64,000 bases of DNA from Candidatus Latescibacterota bacterium (lineage in GTDB: Bacteria; Latescibacterota; UBA2968): assembly GCA_965204745.1 (NCBI GenBank), contig OZ242010.1, forward strand, positions 3,264,001-3,328,000, in the 5' to 3' direction. This document shows, one piece after another, positions 61,312 to 64,000 of this stretch (the stretch's first letter is position 1; each line of letters opens with the position of its first letter). Under the pieces are notes generated by a model. The model was not told the DNA's origin, did not search any database, and saw only the letters and a program-made list of their open reading frames with translations. Position numbers and translations under genes: made by a program.

Positions 61312-64000
61312 ATGGCGAAACGAGCGAGAACGCCCAAATCCGTCGAAACCCTCACGCACGGCGATGCGACGCGCAAGAATATTCCCACCGCCGAGTATCA
61401 ACCCGTGATGCGGGAAGAGGAGCAAACCCCGATTCGAGTCGCCTATCAGCGGCGCAACCGCGACCTCGATCCGCAACTCGTCTGGCGCGGCAAGGACGAG
61501 CAGGATTGGTCCGATTTGGTCGTTCAAGCCCCGCCGATCTTCATCCAAGAGAAGGTGCATCCCAAGGTCGTGATCGACGACCTGATGCGCCAATGCGCGG
61601 AGACAGCCACCACAGCACAGGGGTTCCAGCCCGACTTGTTCGCCGATTTCAACGGCCTGCCCGACCCAAGCGCGGCGACCGAGTTCTATCAGCACGACGC
61701 CAACTGGTCAAACCGCATGATCCTCGGCGACAGCCTGCAAGTGATGGCATCCTTGGCCGAGCGCGAGGGCCTGCGCGGTCAAGTGCAGTGCATTTACATC
61801 GACCCGCCCTACGGCATCAAGTTCAATTCCAATTTCCTACCGGCAACACCCAGCCGCGAGGTGCGAGATGGCAAGCGCGAGCACATCACGCGAGAGCCAG
61901 AGCAGATCAAGGCGTATCGGGATACGTGGCGCGACGGCATCCATTCCTACCTGACCTACCTCCGCGACCGCCTGACCGTAGCACGCGACTTGCTGACCGA
62001 GAGCGGGTCATTGTTCTTTCAGATCGGAGACGAAAATGTCCATCGCGTCAGGGCGTTGATGGACGAGATATTTGGGGATGAGAATTTTGTCGGGGAGATT
62101 ATTTTCAAAACCCGTAGCACTTCTACCAGCAAAAATCTGTCTGCATTGAACGATTACATCATCTGGTATTGTAGAGATATTAATGCTCTAAAATTCCGTC
62201 AATTTTACGTGCCGAAAAGTGCTGACAGGGCGCGTTTCAGTTTTGTCGATATTGATGGCGAAGTTTTCAGGGCGAGTAAAAATGCCGGGAGCGTTAAAAT
62301 ATTTTCAAGTAGTAGCCTGTTTTCAACAAGCGGCGGCGACGCCTCCCGGATTCCCTTTGAGTTCCGTGGCAAAGAATATACCCCGGCAACCTCTCGCGGA
62401 TGGCGCTGCTCACTTGATGGACTATTACGCCTTACCTATGCAAGCCGTATATTTAACCAAGGTTAGGACTTACGCCAGGGTCATTGGTATCGCCGGTGTT
62501 TTGAGTTGTTGTCTCAAATAATCCTCCCATAAGCCATGTTTGACTTGATAGATGGTTTGTCCAGTCTGATAGGCGACTTGGGTCAGTCGTCCCCAAACGA
62601 GAAAGGCACACGCGATGTGGTTTCGCACAATGCGTGCCAATCGGCATTGACACTTTTCAAGCCCCGTTACCTGTTTTGCTTCCCGGTGAACTTGCTCAAT
62701 CTTCCAACGCAAGTGGCACACCGCTTGTGCCACTGACGGGTCGGTTTGAGTCAAGTCGTTGGTTACGATATACGCCGTGCGTCTCGTCGCAGACGCGACC
62801 CGGAATACGTTCACCTTGTGGTTTTTAGGGAACCCTCTGAGTTTCATGCGTTTTCCTGTGGCCTGTTCGCGTTTTGTCCAAGTTAAGGCATCGACCCGTT
62901 GATAGGGGTTTTCACCTGACGAATCGTCCACGAGGCGATTCTTTTTGATAGGACAGTAATAGGTCTTTTGCAAGTGCTCAATGTGAAGCATGACCGCTTT
63001 GGTGGCATACCAAGTATCCATCACCACTCGCTCAAAAGGCAGTTTTTTGTGATAGACCAAGAGTGACAACATCTCTTTGACGTGGTCTAACTTGGTTTTT
63101 CCATCCCCTTGCGGATCGTAAATGCGATAGTCAATCAGCCAAAACCGATCTTGAATCGGATTGACATACACACACGTCACCACACCGATCCCCGAGATGA
63201 CCCCCTTCGCATTGCCACTGTATTGCCGACGCACGAGAGCCATCTTTTTGGCATAGCGCTTATCTAAGACCGTGTCATCAAAGAGAATTACGCCCTTTGC
63301 GGTCGACGTGAGGTGGGGTTTGACGTTTTTCCAGATCACACGCGGCGAGACGCGATCCCCACCCAGATAGCGGTTGAGCATATCATGCGTGAACCGGTCG
63401 CTGTGATCTGCGAAATGAGTCAGGGTATAATTGAGCGGACTGCTAAGCAGATACTGGCAGTAATCCAAGCGCGTTGGTTTCGCCATACAGACCTCCAAAG
63501 TGAGGATGGGGGTTCGATCCTGTTCTTTTTTGCGTAAGTCCTACAAGGTAATTCTATCCGCTATAAATACTTTCACGACGATTTCCCATTCGTCGAAGGC
63601 GGGAATCTATGGATTGATCAAATGTCCGAGCAAAACAAATCTTATGTGGTGCAAACATCTCCAAGACCCATTGAACGTTGCGTCCTCATGACCACCGACC
63701 CTGGCGACCTCGTCCTCGATCCCACCTGCGGGGCTGGCACAACCGCGTATGTTGCCGAGCAGTGGGGCAGGCGGTGGATCACCATCGACACCAGCCGAGT
63801 TGCCCTCGCGTTGGCGCGTGCGCGCATCATGGGGGCGCGTTATCCCTACTACTTGCTCGCGGACAGCGCGGAGGGGCAGCGCAAGGAAGCGGAAATCAGC
63901 CGCACCGCGCCATCGGAAATGCCCGCGCATGGCGACGTCCGCCAAGGCTTTGTGTATGAGCGCGTGCCGCACATCACCTTGCGCGACATCGCCAACAACG
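61312..64000 (+). pseudogene. mod: Type III DNA methyltransferase (Mod), interrupted by IS701 and continuing past the window end
   Basis: IDPPY motif. Removing the IS and one DR restores the frame ...FNQG|NSIRYK...DLVLDPTCGAGTT. Confidence 0.92.
62464..63543 (-). mobile_element. IS701-family element, copy 2, with intact ORF 62470..63498
   Basis: Same TIRs; 6-bp DR CAAGGT at 62458-63 and 63544-49; DDT..DK, DTWY, RWKIE motifs. Confidence 0.92.

Noticed and set aside
1-64000. rRNA, tRNA or riboswitch genes
   Set aside because: None recognisable by eye; a covariance-model scan would be needed to exclude them.

Overview
Bacterial chromosomal window with fairly GC-rich coding sequence. The eukaryote-like repeat proteins, PhyH dioxygenases, sulfatase and dockerin-like tags resemble sponge-symbiont lineages such as Latescibacterota or Gemmatimonadota, but this is inference only. 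Housekeeping and metabolic genes (thrS, aceE-aceF-lpdA, sulfatase, several oxidoreductases) are interleaved with five accessory features. (i) Two giant secreted proteins built of six-bladed YWTD propellers plus Ig-like Calx-beta/CARDB modules; the first is broken by a 97-bp tandem duplication. (ii) One TMEM260/DUF2723-like and two TMTC-like membrane glycosyltransferases around the second giant gene. (iii) Several IS elements: IS630 inside a heptamer microsatellite, two inverted IS110, IS982, and two IS701. (iv) A type III R-M locus whose mod is IS-inactivated and whose res-mod gap holds promoter-led cargo genes. (v) Families of heptamer tandem repeats and REP-like palindromes. The most striking result is that the IS110 non-coding end can be read as a bridge RNA whose four guide segments match its own donor junction and the host heptamer repeats it sits in. 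Also noted: nested internal-start (RpnS-like) ORFs, decayed toxin-antitoxin modules, and an A:T/C:G transversion bias between IS copies. All family calls come from motif recognition, not database searches.
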